From contig CAMCZE010000001.1 of the NCBI GenBank assembly GCA_945885655.1, forward strand, positions 1-51,141: a stretch of DNA of 51,141 nucleotides, written 5' to 3'. Positions 27,666 to 36,085 of the stretch are shown here, piece after piece. Below the pieces are notes generated by a model. That model saw only the letters and a list, made by a program, of their open reading frames with translations. It had not been told where the DNA came from and did not search any database. This DNA is from Bacteriovorax stolpii (lineage in GTDB: Bacteria; Bdellovibrionota; Bacteriovoracia; Bacteriovoracales; Bacteriovoracaceae). Numbering within the stretch: the first letter of the stretch is position 1; every line of letters begins with the position of its first letter. Both the position numbers and the translations under genes were made by a program.

Positions 27666-28744
27666 AGACTACCTTTAGAAAATGTATAACCGTCGATGAC
27701 ACAGCCATTAAATTTTATATTGAAGTTTTTGAAATAAATTCTTAAATCCTCTATCTCTGTGAATGTATTATTTTTAAGACTGAGAGAAAAGGTGACGTTT
27801 TCAACAAGTTGTAAAATCTGAAAATAAACATCATACTTGGATCGTTTTTTAATAATATCTGGAAGATCATAGAAGATAATGTCATATTCTCCGGAAAGTA
27901 CTTTTAAAAAGTCATCTTTCCGTTGACCTTCAAACTCCTTCACTTTTCTTTCAATCTCCTCCACCTCTAAAAAACATAATCCATGGTGCTCACTTATTTT
28001 ATATGTCGTACCTTCTTCAGCCATCACGGTTTTCTGGTTCAATTCATTTGCCTTAAACTTCGAAAAATATGATTTGTCCATCTCTTGCGTAATAATCAAT
28101 ATTTTTAAGTTTTCAAAATAGTAAATGAATGAAGCAATCCCTAGTATAGACTTTTGCTGGGCCAGAGACTCTCGAGGACTTGAGAAGGAAAAATGCCTCG
28201 TCCCTTTTTTGTAACTTCTATAGAACTGATGTCCCAAATTAAAGATTTTTTTTGAATCCCCATCGCTGAAAAAAAAGTTTTTTCCTACTTCAGCATACTC
28301 TATAATGGCCTTCTCAGAATCCATACCTCTAAATGAAGCATAAGAAATGACTTTCTGAATCTGTTTCCCGAGGTCAACAACGGGGAGATGCACATTTTTT
28401 AACTTTATACCATGAGACTTCTTTTTTTTGTTTAACCTAAGTACATCATCTTTAAATTGATGTTCTTCTTTATTATCGTGAATAGACTGATTTACAGGAT
28501 AAACCTGGGCCTCGCCTGGTTGATTCAGATTTTTAAGAGTTAAGCTTTGAGGAGAAATATTTGAATGAGACACAATCTGACTAGAGCTTATATCATCGAC
28601 ATTGCCTTCGATCTCATTTTGTACGCTCATCATACTGTTTTGTGCCAAATCAAAAGTAAAAAACTCTAGATGTCCGCCTAAAAACTCTTCTTTTTTCCAA
28701 ACTGAAAAACTAGTTTTAGAATTAATAAGTTGTTTGGCCGCCAC
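27662..28744 (-). CDS. BY-kinase-like pseudokinase with N-terminal extension; paralog of 26952-27665
   Basis: FSFSS...AQQKSILGIA, KILIIT, YDIIFYDLP, FNGCVID; GTG start with SD AAGGA; 4-bp overlap with the next gene. Confidence 0.55.
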   Translation of the reverse strand: MAAKQLINSKTSFSVWKKEEFLGGHLEFFTFDLAQNSMMSVQNEIEGNVDDISSSQIVSHSNISPQSLTLKNLNQPGEAQVYPVNQSIHDNKEEHQFKDDVLRLNKKKKSHGIKLKNVHLPVVDLGKQIQKVISYASFRGMDSEKAIIEYAEVGKNFFFSDGDSKKIFNLGHQFYRSYKKGTRHFSFSSPRESLAQQKSILGIASFIYYFENLKILIITQEMDKSYFSKFKANELNQKTVMAEEGTTYKISEHHGLCFLEVEEIERKVKEFEGQRKDDFLKVLSGEYDIIFYDLPDIIKKRSKYDVYFQILQLVENVTFSLSLKNNTFTEIEDLRIYFKNFNIKFNGCVIDGYTFSKGSL

Positions 28745-28836
28745 AAAGGGATCCTTAAGAAAGGTTAATTAAAATCATATTACCAATAAGGAAGGCAAAG
28801 AAATACTATGGTAAAAATGGCCTTACATTTACGCTT

Positions 28837-30006
28837 TTACCCAATGAGATGGGAAATTTTTGCCGTGATTTCTGTTTCTATTTTTTGAACCATTAAAGAG
28901 GAACGTTTAATCATTTGATTTTTATAGTTCTCTTCAGAACTGATTTTTTTTATGGCCTGAAAAAGTCCAGAATAATCATAGGGAAAAAATTTCTCCCCTC
29001 TGCCTTCACTGATCAGCTCCATGGCACCACCAAGACCAGTAGAGATGACAGGAATACCTGATTTTTGCGCCTCAATGATTACCCTTCCAAAGGGTTCGAC
29101 CTTTAATGAAGGATGTATCAATAAATCTATTGTTGTATAGATATCAATAGGATCTTTATGTCCGGCCCAGAAAACGAAATCAATTCCTAACTTTGAATTT
29201 AAGGTAAGAAGATTTTTTTTATAACGTGAATGAGATCCCTCGGTCATATAAATATCATCACCAAAAAACGTTATCTTTTCTATTCCTAGATCCTTTAGTT
29301 CTTTTTCATAAAGGGCAACATTCAATAACATTGAATGTAATCCTTTCCATGGGGCCAACATAGAAACTATACCAATGTGCTTAATTTTTCCGATCGTTTT
29401 CTTTTCTGGAAGATCTCCAGGAAGATTATAAAGAGTTGTTGCGCGATCTATTGTTAAAAAACTATTAAGTTCTTTTGTTACAGATTCAGAATTGCCAATC
29501 ATTGAGAACTTTACATTAGTCTTAAACTTTGAATAAAAACTAAAAATGGAAGGCATGCATTTAAACATTGCTGGATGTGGATAATCCCTAAAATGCCAGA
29601 GGACATGTATCTTTCTCAGGACCAAAGGACCCATAAGAAAAAATGGGACGGAAGCTTTGATGCCGTTTACGTAAACGATTGTAAATGATTTAAATTTAAA
29701 AAAATAATACATGGAATAAAAAAACAGTAACGGTAACTTTATAAAAAAGATCAGATTCAAAAACACTTGTTTTCTAGAAATTTCATAAATAAATTTCGGA
29801 TACAAAACATCCTGGGAAGAAGAAAAACCTTTTCTGTTTAACATTTCATCTAGATTATGTTTTGACCTACCCAGGGTCGGAGTAAAAAAAAGAATCTCAG
29901 ACTTATCATTTAAGGTTGCAAGCTGTTCAATAAGACTTCTCTCTGCACCACCCAACTGCCCTGTGCTTAGAAGAACTGCCACCTTACTCATACGTATTTT
30001 TCTCAT
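28837..30006 (-). CDS. Glycosyltransferase family 4
   Basis: LGGAERSL, WHFRD, SMLAPWKG, HPSLKVEPFGRVIIEA. Confidence 0.88.
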   Translation of the reverse strand: MRKIRMSKVAVLLSTGQLGGAERSLIEQLATLNDKSEILFFTPTLGRSKHNLDEMLNRKGFSSSQDVLYPKFIYEISRKQVFLNLIFFIKLPLLFFYSMYYFFKFKSFTIVYVNGIKASVPFFLMGPLVLRKIHVLWHFRDYPHPAMFKCMPSIFSFYSKFKTNVKFSMIGNSESVTKELNSFLTIDRATTLYNLPGDLPEKKTIGKIKHIGIVSMLAPWKGLHSMLLNVALYEKELKDLGIEKITFFGDDIYMTEGSHSRYKKNLLTLNSKLGIDFVFWAGHKDPIDIYTTIDLLIHPSLKVEPFGRVIIEAQKSGIPVISTGLGGAMELISEGRGEKFFPYDYSGLFQAIKKISSEENYKNQMIKRSSLMVQKIETEITAKISHLIG

Positions 30007-31006
30007 TTAAAATCAATTTTTCAAATAATCTTCTCCAGTTATCCAGGCCGTGAGAATCCAGTGTGTGTCTGTAGCACATATCGGAGACTGTACGGTAATG
30101 ATCTTCATTCATGAGTTCATACCAAGCATTAACACGTTTATCTTCAAGATCTGCTAAAACCCATCCAGTCTCACCATCATGCACAGATTCAGGAAGCCCA
30201 CCACTAGCAAGAACAACACTTGGAGTAGCAAAACACCCTGCCTCTTGTACAATTTGTCCAAACCCCTCAAAAAATCCTTTACGTGAATGATCTAGTGAAA
30301 AAAGGATATTGAAGTGTGCCTCTGCTAGTAATTCATCCCTCTTTTTATTGTCAGGATTCAGGTGGGACGTAATATCAATATGATCAGAAGTAAATTTTTT
30401 ATCTGTGACAGTAATAAATTCAACGGGACGACCTGAGAGTTCTTGGATTTTCTCACAAAATCTTATCGCCCCTTTAAAGTTTTTATGGGGAACATCTCTG
30501 GCCACCGTAATGAATTTCAATGTGAGATCACTCCATTTCTTCTCGCAATATTTTTCATTTTTTGTGTCAACGGCCATGTGGAAAATGATATCTCGTGAGA
30601 AGTCTTCTTTTAGGCCTTTTTTAATCAATGTATTGAAGGTATATTCAGAAATAAAAATATTGTAAAAAGCTTCTTCAAATCTTCTTAATGCTTTTTTCTT
30701 CGTTAATTGTTTAAACACACGTTTGAGCAAATTTGGTGAATAAAAAAGAATCTCAGCGCCATTAACAAAATTGATGACCTTGGGATGAGAGATAGGCATG
30801 TACATATGAAAACCAGAATGAATATTTAAAACATAATCAAAACCAGCAAGTTTATTTTTAGGATACGAAAGAATCTCCCTATAACTTTTCCAATGAAAAA
30901 GTTCGTATTCAATTCCAAGCTCTTTAAGAACCTTCTCCACGTTTAATGTATGACTTGTTAACCCCCCTACCTGAGGCAAATAGTCAGGTGTAGTCAAAAG
31001 CAACAA
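29984..31006 (-). CDS. Glycosyltransferase family 4 (divergent)
   Basis: DYLPQVGGL, TVARDVPHKN, EGFGQIVQEA, SGGLPESV; TTG start after SD GAGGGG. Confidence 0.8.
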   Translation of the reverse strand: MLLLTTPDYLPQVGGLTSHTLNVEKVLKELGIEYELFHWKSYREILSYPKNKLAGFDYVLNIHSGFHMYMPISHPKVINFVNGAEILFYSPNLLKRVFKQLTKKKALRRFEEAFYNIFISEYTFNTLIKKGLKEDFSRDIIFHMAVDTKNEKYCEKKWSDLTLKFITVARDVPHKNFKGAIRFCEKIQELSGRPVEFITVTDKKFTSDHIDITSHLNPDNKKRDELLAEAHFNILFSLDHSRKGFFEGFGQIVQEAGCFATPSVVLASGGLPESVHDGETGWVLADLEDKRVNAWYELMNEDHYRTVSDMCYRHTLDSHGLDNWRRLFEKLILNEKNTYE

Positions 31007-31013
31007 ATAAACC

Positions 31014-31042
31014 CCCTCGTCATAAAAAATTATACACGAGGG
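31014..31042. promoter_or_regulatory. Inverted repeat CCCTCGT-N15-ACGAGGG overlapping a minus-strand TATAAT and the SD of the 31006 GT4
   Basis: Arms read at 31014-31020 and 31036-31042; ATTATA (TATAAT on -) at 31029-31034. Confidence 0.45.
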
Positions 31043-31073
31043 AATATTTTACGCCTTAATATTTTAAGTTCTA

Positions 31074-34000
31074 TTAACTGGCCTTGTCTTTTGAGTGGGA
31101 TTTTCTTTGATAAAGCTGATCGATAAGTTGACTAATACCAGATTGACCTTTTGCGTTTAAAACGTTCTGTTTTAAATCCGAACCTTCGTTCCTTGAGACC
31201 GCTTCGGGCCCTTTTGAAGCCTTCAGTTGGGGCATTCCATTAATTTCAGAACTTCCACTAGCATCCCTTGCTTGTAAGGAAGGAACTTTCTCATCAACTG
31301 ACAGTGCAGAAGAAGGCATTTTCTCCAATGATGAATTTCCCTCTGGTGGTGGAACCTCATTTTTAATTTTTGAAGATGACCTTGTTGTCTCTTGTTCCTG
31401 AGGTCGCCCTTTTATATCCTTTTCTTTTTTCTTCTCGTTTGCAAGAAGTTCTTCTGAGAGCAATGCTTTCTTTTTTTTCTCAACATCGTCTTTATCTAAT
31501 ATATCTTCATGAGAATTCTTGTTTTTTATTGAACCTACATCTTCAGGTTTTTCCGTTGATGGCGATAAATTTTTCTTTTTATCATTTTTATAAAGATCTT
31601 CCTCTGCACTGTTCTTAGGCCGTTCAGTGTTATTCTTTTTCTTTTGAAGAAGATCTATGACGTCAGCATTTTCCGTTTTATGTTCTGTTTTCTTGAGATT
31701 ATCAACGACGTCATTTTCAGTTACTTCTTTTTTCTTCTCGTTCAGTTTTTTAGACTCATGTTCTTGTTTTACGCGTGAAGGACTTACATCTAACAGATCC
31801 TCTGTATCCTTACCCTCTAACGAATTGCCCTTCTGCAAATTTTCATTTTTTCCGGAATTATTTTCTTTTCCTGTGTAATCGTGCCCATCGTTTCCAGACT
31901 GAGACCCTGTGAGATCATCTAAAAAATCTTCATCATTAACTTCAATTTTTTTTGTTTTTGATTCTGAAGTTGTAGTCGTTTCTTTAATGTTATCAAAATC
32001 ATCTTGCTCTTCATGGGCACTTTTTTTCTTTTTTTCTAGATTGGGTCGTGTCGTCTCGGAAGACTTTTCTTCTAGAGCACTCTCGATGATATTCTTATTA
32101 TTTTTGGCCTTTGCCAAAACATCGTCTTTTTTTATTTCATTTGGTGATGCTTCAGACTTCTTATTCTGGGCATTGGCCGCTTTATCACCCGATTTATAAT
32201 GTGTTGAGATATTCTCTGTCTTATGTTTGAGATCTAGTTTTTCATTTGATGCTACTTTTTCTTCTTTAATGGCACCTTGTAGATTTTTCGGTCCTTTAGA
32301 AGACAAAGGTTCTATTTCTTTGTCTTGATTCTTTTTATCATCATTTTGTTTTTTTAAATCCGCCTTCTCCTTAGACTCTTTCTCGTTAGCATTCTCTTGA
32401 GGATTATGACTATTGTAATGAGTTTTTATTTTTTCTGTTTTTTTATCTAAATCTAACTGACTACCTTCATTCACATCAGAAGTTGAATGAGACAAATTTT
32501 TCTGTTCTTTATTCTGTGACGAATTCTCTCCATTTTTCTTATCTTTAGGTGGTGCGGACTCATCATACGTATTATGCGCGGAATAATGGGACTTTAATTT
32601 TTCTGTCTGCTTTTCCTGAGCTAATAAATCTCCCTCGTGCAGCTTGTCTGTAGGCCGAGATTTCTTATCAAGAGATTCATCATTTTTTTGTTCTTTCGCT
32701 TCACCTGTATACTGGCCATTAATTTTTTCTGTCTTTTTTTTCTGCTCTAAAGGGTCATCTTTTTTTACATTTTCAGTTAATGCTTTTTTATCGTTTTGCT
32801 CACCAGTATTTAAATTTTTTGTACTTTCACTATTTTTTTTCTCTGCAGCTTTTTTTGCCTCTTCACTTTCGCTTTTGCCTTTATAAAATGCCTCTACTTC
32901 CTGATTACCCACATCTTGTGAAAGTAAATCCGCATCCTTTAATTTTTCTGAGGCCACACCATCTTGATTCGTTGATGTCTTCTCAGATTCCCCTACCTTA
33001 CCTTTCAAAGGACTCGAATCTTTTGAAACTTCCCCTTTCTGAGAGAGTTTTCCATCAGAAATATTTTGATCCCCTGGTTTCAGATCTAAAGATAATTTTT
33101 TATCATCAATTGATGACTTTGATCCTTCTCCACTTAAAGCTTTATTTTCAATATTCTCAGTCTTGCCATGCCCTTCAAGCCTATCTGCATTAAACCCATC
33201 TTTTTCCAATGTGTTTTTTTCAACAACATCCTTATCCTTCTTAAACAGCATTTCTTTGTCAAAACTCTTAACGATGATATCTTCTTTCGTTTCTGCATAC
33301 ATCGAATTTTTTGCTACATTAAGGAGCTTTGCTTTAAGATCCAGCCGGCTCACTCGCTGCTGCTTATCTTCATAATAAAGCTCAAACTCCCATCCAGATA
33401 TTAACCACCGGTTCTCTTTCCAAACAAATTCCGGCTTTTGATCGCCCTTAAAATACCAGAAACCTGGCCCGTCCAGAATCATGCTTTTAATTTCGGCCTT
33501 CAATTCAAACTTCCAGACTCCTCGCAGATTTGCATGTTCGACCCACGTTGCGGCATATGGGCTTGGCCCCATAAGTTTGATCATCCATTTATTCAGGATT
33601 TTTTTACAATCATTTTCATGGGTGATAAGCCAAATATCTTCTGGAGAATCGAGGGGCTCAGTCCAGTTAACCTTTAAACCGTCTTCAAGCTTTTTTTTCT
33701 GTAAGACCGCTGCGTCTTTATTTTTACTTAACTTATCCGTTGTTTCCTTACCATCAATTTTTTTCAACTGAGCATTGATGGATTTCATCAAAAACTCAAT
33801 CTTATACCTTAGTGCCCTTACGTTCGTATTAACTTCAATAATATCCAGGATGCCCAGTTTCGCGATCGATTTATCAAATTCACGATTTCGAGAAAAGTTT
33901 ATCACTGCAATTTTTAATACGAAATTATTCGACAACTTCTTATGCCATTTAATCAAAGACGCTATCTGTATCAGATCATTTTTTGTCGTCAAACTACAGA

Positions 34001-34220
34001 TAACTAAAGCACTTCTTTCTTTTTCAAGGTGATCGGCAAGATCAGTCACAGACAAGAATGCTTGTGATTGATAGGCCGATTTACTACCCAAGGCCTGATC
34101 AAGTCTTATCCATTCCTTATCAAAACAAAATTTTATAATTGATAGTTGGCCCACAAAACCTTCATTTTTATTATATGAGATACAAGAAATGATCGGTATA
34201 AGATTGCGGCAACTTAACAA
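31074..34220 (-). CDS. Large protein: globular N-terminal region plus a long Lys/Glu/Asn/Ser-rich low-complexity tail with repeats
   Basis: Open 1048 aa; Trp-rich domain followed by about 700 aa of charged sequence; GTG at 34154 is a plausible true start. Confidence 0.65.
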   Translation of the reverse strand: MLSCRNLIPIISCISYNKNEGFVGQLSIIKFCFDKEWIRLDQALGSKSAYQSQAFLSVTDLADHLEKERSALVICSLTTKNDLIQIASLIKWHKKLSNNFVLKIAVINFSRNREFDKSIAKLGILDIIEVNTNVRALRYKIEFLMKSINAQLKKIDGKETTDKLSKNKDAAVLQKKKLEDGLKVNWTEPLDSPEDIWLITHENDCKKILNKWMIKLMGPSPYAATWVEHANLRGVWKFELKAEIKSMILDGPGFWYFKGDQKPEFVWKENRWLISGWEFELYYEDKQQRVSRLDLKAKLLNVAKNSMYAETKEDIIVKSFDKEMLFKKDKDVVEKNTLEKDGFNADRLEGHGKTENIENKALSGEGSKSSIDDKKLSLDLKPGDQNISDGKLSQKGEVSKDSSPLKGKVGESEKTSTNQDGVASEKLKDADLLSQDVGNQEVEAFYKGKSESEEAKKAAEKKNSESTKNLNTGEQNDKKALTENVKKDDPLEQKKKTEKINGQYTGEAKEQKNDESLDKKSRPTDKLHEGDLLAQEKQTEKLKSHYSAHNTYDESAPPKDKKNGENSSQNKEQKNLSHSTSDVNEGSQLDLDKKTEKIKTHYNSHNPQENANEKESKEKADLKKQNDDKKNQDKEIEPLSSKGPKNLQGAIKEEKVASNEKLDLKHKTENISTHYKSGDKAANAQNKKSEASPNEIKKDDVLAKAKNNKNIIESALEEKSSETTRPNLEKKKKSAHEEQDDFDNIKETTTTSESKTKKIEVNDEDFLDDLTGSQSGNDGHDYTGKENNSGKNENLQKGNSLEGKDTEDLLDVSPSRVKQEHESKKLNEKKKEVTENDVVDNLKKTEHKTENADVIDLLQKKKNNTERPKNSAEEDLYKNDKKKNLSPSTEKPEDVGSIKNKNSHEDILDKDDVEKKKKALLSEELLANEKKKEKDIKGRPQEQETTRSSSKIKNEVPPPEGNSSLEKMPSSALSVDEKVPSLQARDASGSSEINGMPQLKASKGPEAVSRNEGSDLKQNVLNAKGQSGISQLIDQLYQRKSHSKDKAS
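32190..32950 (-). repeat. Degenerate protein-level repeat KTE[KN]IxxHY within the large protein
   Basis: KKTEKINGQY, KQTEKLKSHY, KKTEKIKTHY, HKTENISTHY and the related NQEVEAFY. Confidence 0.55.
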
Positions 34221-34329
34221 CCTGACAAGAACGGTAACCCATTCATTATTAAGTTTTCATCATTTAATTTTTAATAATCCCTTCCGACAAGGAATAAGTG
34301 GCCAATTAACGTGCTCACAGGAGGGCCGT

Positions 34330-34581
34330 ATGTTCAAAAATTTAATGCTTCTAGGTCTATTGAGTTGGATTAGTGTTTCAGAGGCAAAAGGCCCAGCTAT
34401 AGCCAAAGAGAATCTCAACGAATCAGAAAGCTATAAGATTGAAGAACCTGTCTCAGAACAGAAACCAGAAAGATCTGTGGCAGGTGCTAAAAAGAAAAAA
34501 GGCAAAGAAGTTGAATTTCATAAAAATGAAAATGCTACGGAGTCAGATTCTGACGTACGCTACTGGCAATACTCGGAATAA
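34330..34581 (+). CDS. Small secreted hypothetical protein (83 aa)
   Basis: SD AGGAGG before ATG 34330; signal peptide MFKNLMLLGLLSWISVSEA; ends VRYWQYSE. Confidence 0.7.
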   Translation: MFKNLMLLGLLSWISVSEAKGPAIAKENLNESESYKIEEPVSEQKPERSVAGAKKKKGKEVEFHKNENATESDSDVRYWQYSE

Positions 34582-35656
34582 CTTTAGGTTTATTGTCTTT
34601 ATCCCAAAGATTTAATTTTTCGAACTCACTCTTGAGTTGTCCGCATGCGGCCAGAATGTCGCTGCCTTTTGTTGTGCGAATAGTACAAGTGAATCCTCTT
34701 TTGATCATCTGATCCAAAAACCACATGATCTTCTCTTCAGAAGGACGTTTGTATTTTGATCCAGGAAATTCATTAAAAGGTATCAGATTGATTTTTGATT
34801 CTTTCGGATTAAGTAACTTTTCAAGTGCTACCACATCTTCCATAGTGTCGTTGATCCCGTCTGCTAAGAGATACTCATAGGTAATTCTTCTGTGGGCCTT
34901 TAGGGGGATCTTTTTGATTGCATTAAATAACCGTTCAAGGTCATAAACTTTATTGATGGGCATAAGTTCAGTACGAACATCATTACGAGCTGAATGCAGA
35001 GAAAGCGCAATATTCACTGGTGGAAAGTCGATGGCCAGTTTTTCAATGGCAGGAACAAGCCCTGAAGTGGAAAGAGTAATGCGTCTCTGACCGAGCGCCA
35101 ATCCTCTTTCTGCCATAAAAATCAAAGTCGCCTTTTTCATATTTTCATAATTATGAAGAGGCTCCCCTTGGCCCATATAGACAATATTGGTGAGCTTTTC
35201 GTCCATGGATACATTTTCATGTAGCCATTTTTGTATTGTTAAATACTGACCCACGACTTCACTGGCCTTCAAATGTCTTTTTAAACCCTGAGTGGCCGTA
35301 TGACAGAATGTACATCCAACAGCACAACCCACTTGGGAAGAAACACAAAGAGTGAGTCTCTCACGTGCAGGGATGGCCACCGTTTCAACGGTCTGACCAT
35401 CATTCATCTTCACTAAAAATTTTCGAGTGCCGTCTTTGGAGAGACCATTCCAAACAACTTTTAATAAACTGAAATCATAATTTTCGGTGAAAAATTCACG
35501 AGCGGCTTTTGAAACGTTGGACCACTCCTGAGGATTATGTACCCATTTCCTATAAACCCAATCAAACATCTGAGTGGCCCCAAACGGAGATAGTCCCTTC
35601 TCAGTGAGAAGCAACTTGAGTTCATCATAGGTGAGATCAAAAAATGAAGGTTTCAT
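34535..35656 (-). CDS. rlmN: Dual-specificity RNA methyltransferase RlmN (radical SAM)
   Basis: SSQVGCAVGCTFC (CxxxCxxC), MGQGEP, ITLSTSG, NLIPFN, AACGQL. Confidence 0.95.
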   Translation of the reverse strand: MKPSFFDLTYDELKLLLTEKGLSPFGATQMFDWVYRKWVHNPQEWSNVSKAAREFFTENYDFSLLKVVWNGLSKDGTRKFLVKMNDGQTVETVAIPARERLTLCVSSQVGCAVGCTFCHTATQGLKRHLKASEVVGQYLTIQKWLHENVSMDEKLTNIVYMGQGEPLHNYENMKKATLIFMAERGLALGQRRITLSTSGLVPAIEKLAIDFPPVNIALSLHSARNDVRTELMPINKVYDLERLFNAIKKIPLKAHRRITYEYLLADGINDTMEDVVALEKLLNPKESKINLIPFNEFPGSKYKRPSEEKIMWFLDQMIKRGFTCTIRTTKGSDILAACGQLKSEFEKLNLWDKDNKPKVIPSIASSVRQNLTP

Positions 35657-35695
35657 GGAACTTATAAGTAGTTGAAGCTATGTCATTTTGCAAGG

Positions 35696-36085
35696 TTATG
35701 TGAATAACTTTCCAAAGAAGTTCCGTTTTTTTGTGGCCGACTCATTGAGGACTAACTCCCCGAATTTAGTTAAAATGGTCTGATAACTTTCTAGATCCTT
35801 GGCCCCATCAATCCCAATATTATAATCCTGAACGGAAATAAGCCTGACCTCAGGGAGGTCAAGCTCCTGGCAAACACGAAGAGCAAAATGCTTTAGGTCA
35901 TCCAAATTAAGAAAAGAAACAGTTTTATGGTCAGCTTCCGGAATGGATTTAGAAAGCTCTTGAAGCATGTTCTGGTCTAAAAAACCCTCAGAAGAAAAGA
36001 AGTAAACAACCTTGTAACTTGCAGGCCTAAAAACTCCGTCCTGATTTTGCGAAGATTGAAAATGATAAATTAATGAGAGGCTCAT
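35696..36085 (-). CDS. Hypothetical protein
   Basis: 129-aa ORF with a 4-bp overlap to the upstream gene; amphipathic KKRNFFGKLFT C-terminus. Confidence 0.65.
   Translation of the reverse strand: MSLSLIYHFQSSQNQDGVFRPASYKVVYFFSSEGFLDQNMLQELSKSIPEADHKTVSFLNLDDLKHFALRVCQELDLPEVRLISVQDYNIGIDGAKDLESYQTILTKFGELVLNESATKKRNFFGKLFT

Noticed and set aside
31370-34032. Many plus-strand ORFs rich in Phe/Ser/Leu
   Set aside because: Antisense shadows of the Lys/Glu-rich 1048-aa gene
34189-34329. N-terminal extension of the 130-aa ORF overlapping the large gene
   Set aside because: AGGAGG SD and signal peptide point to a start at 34330
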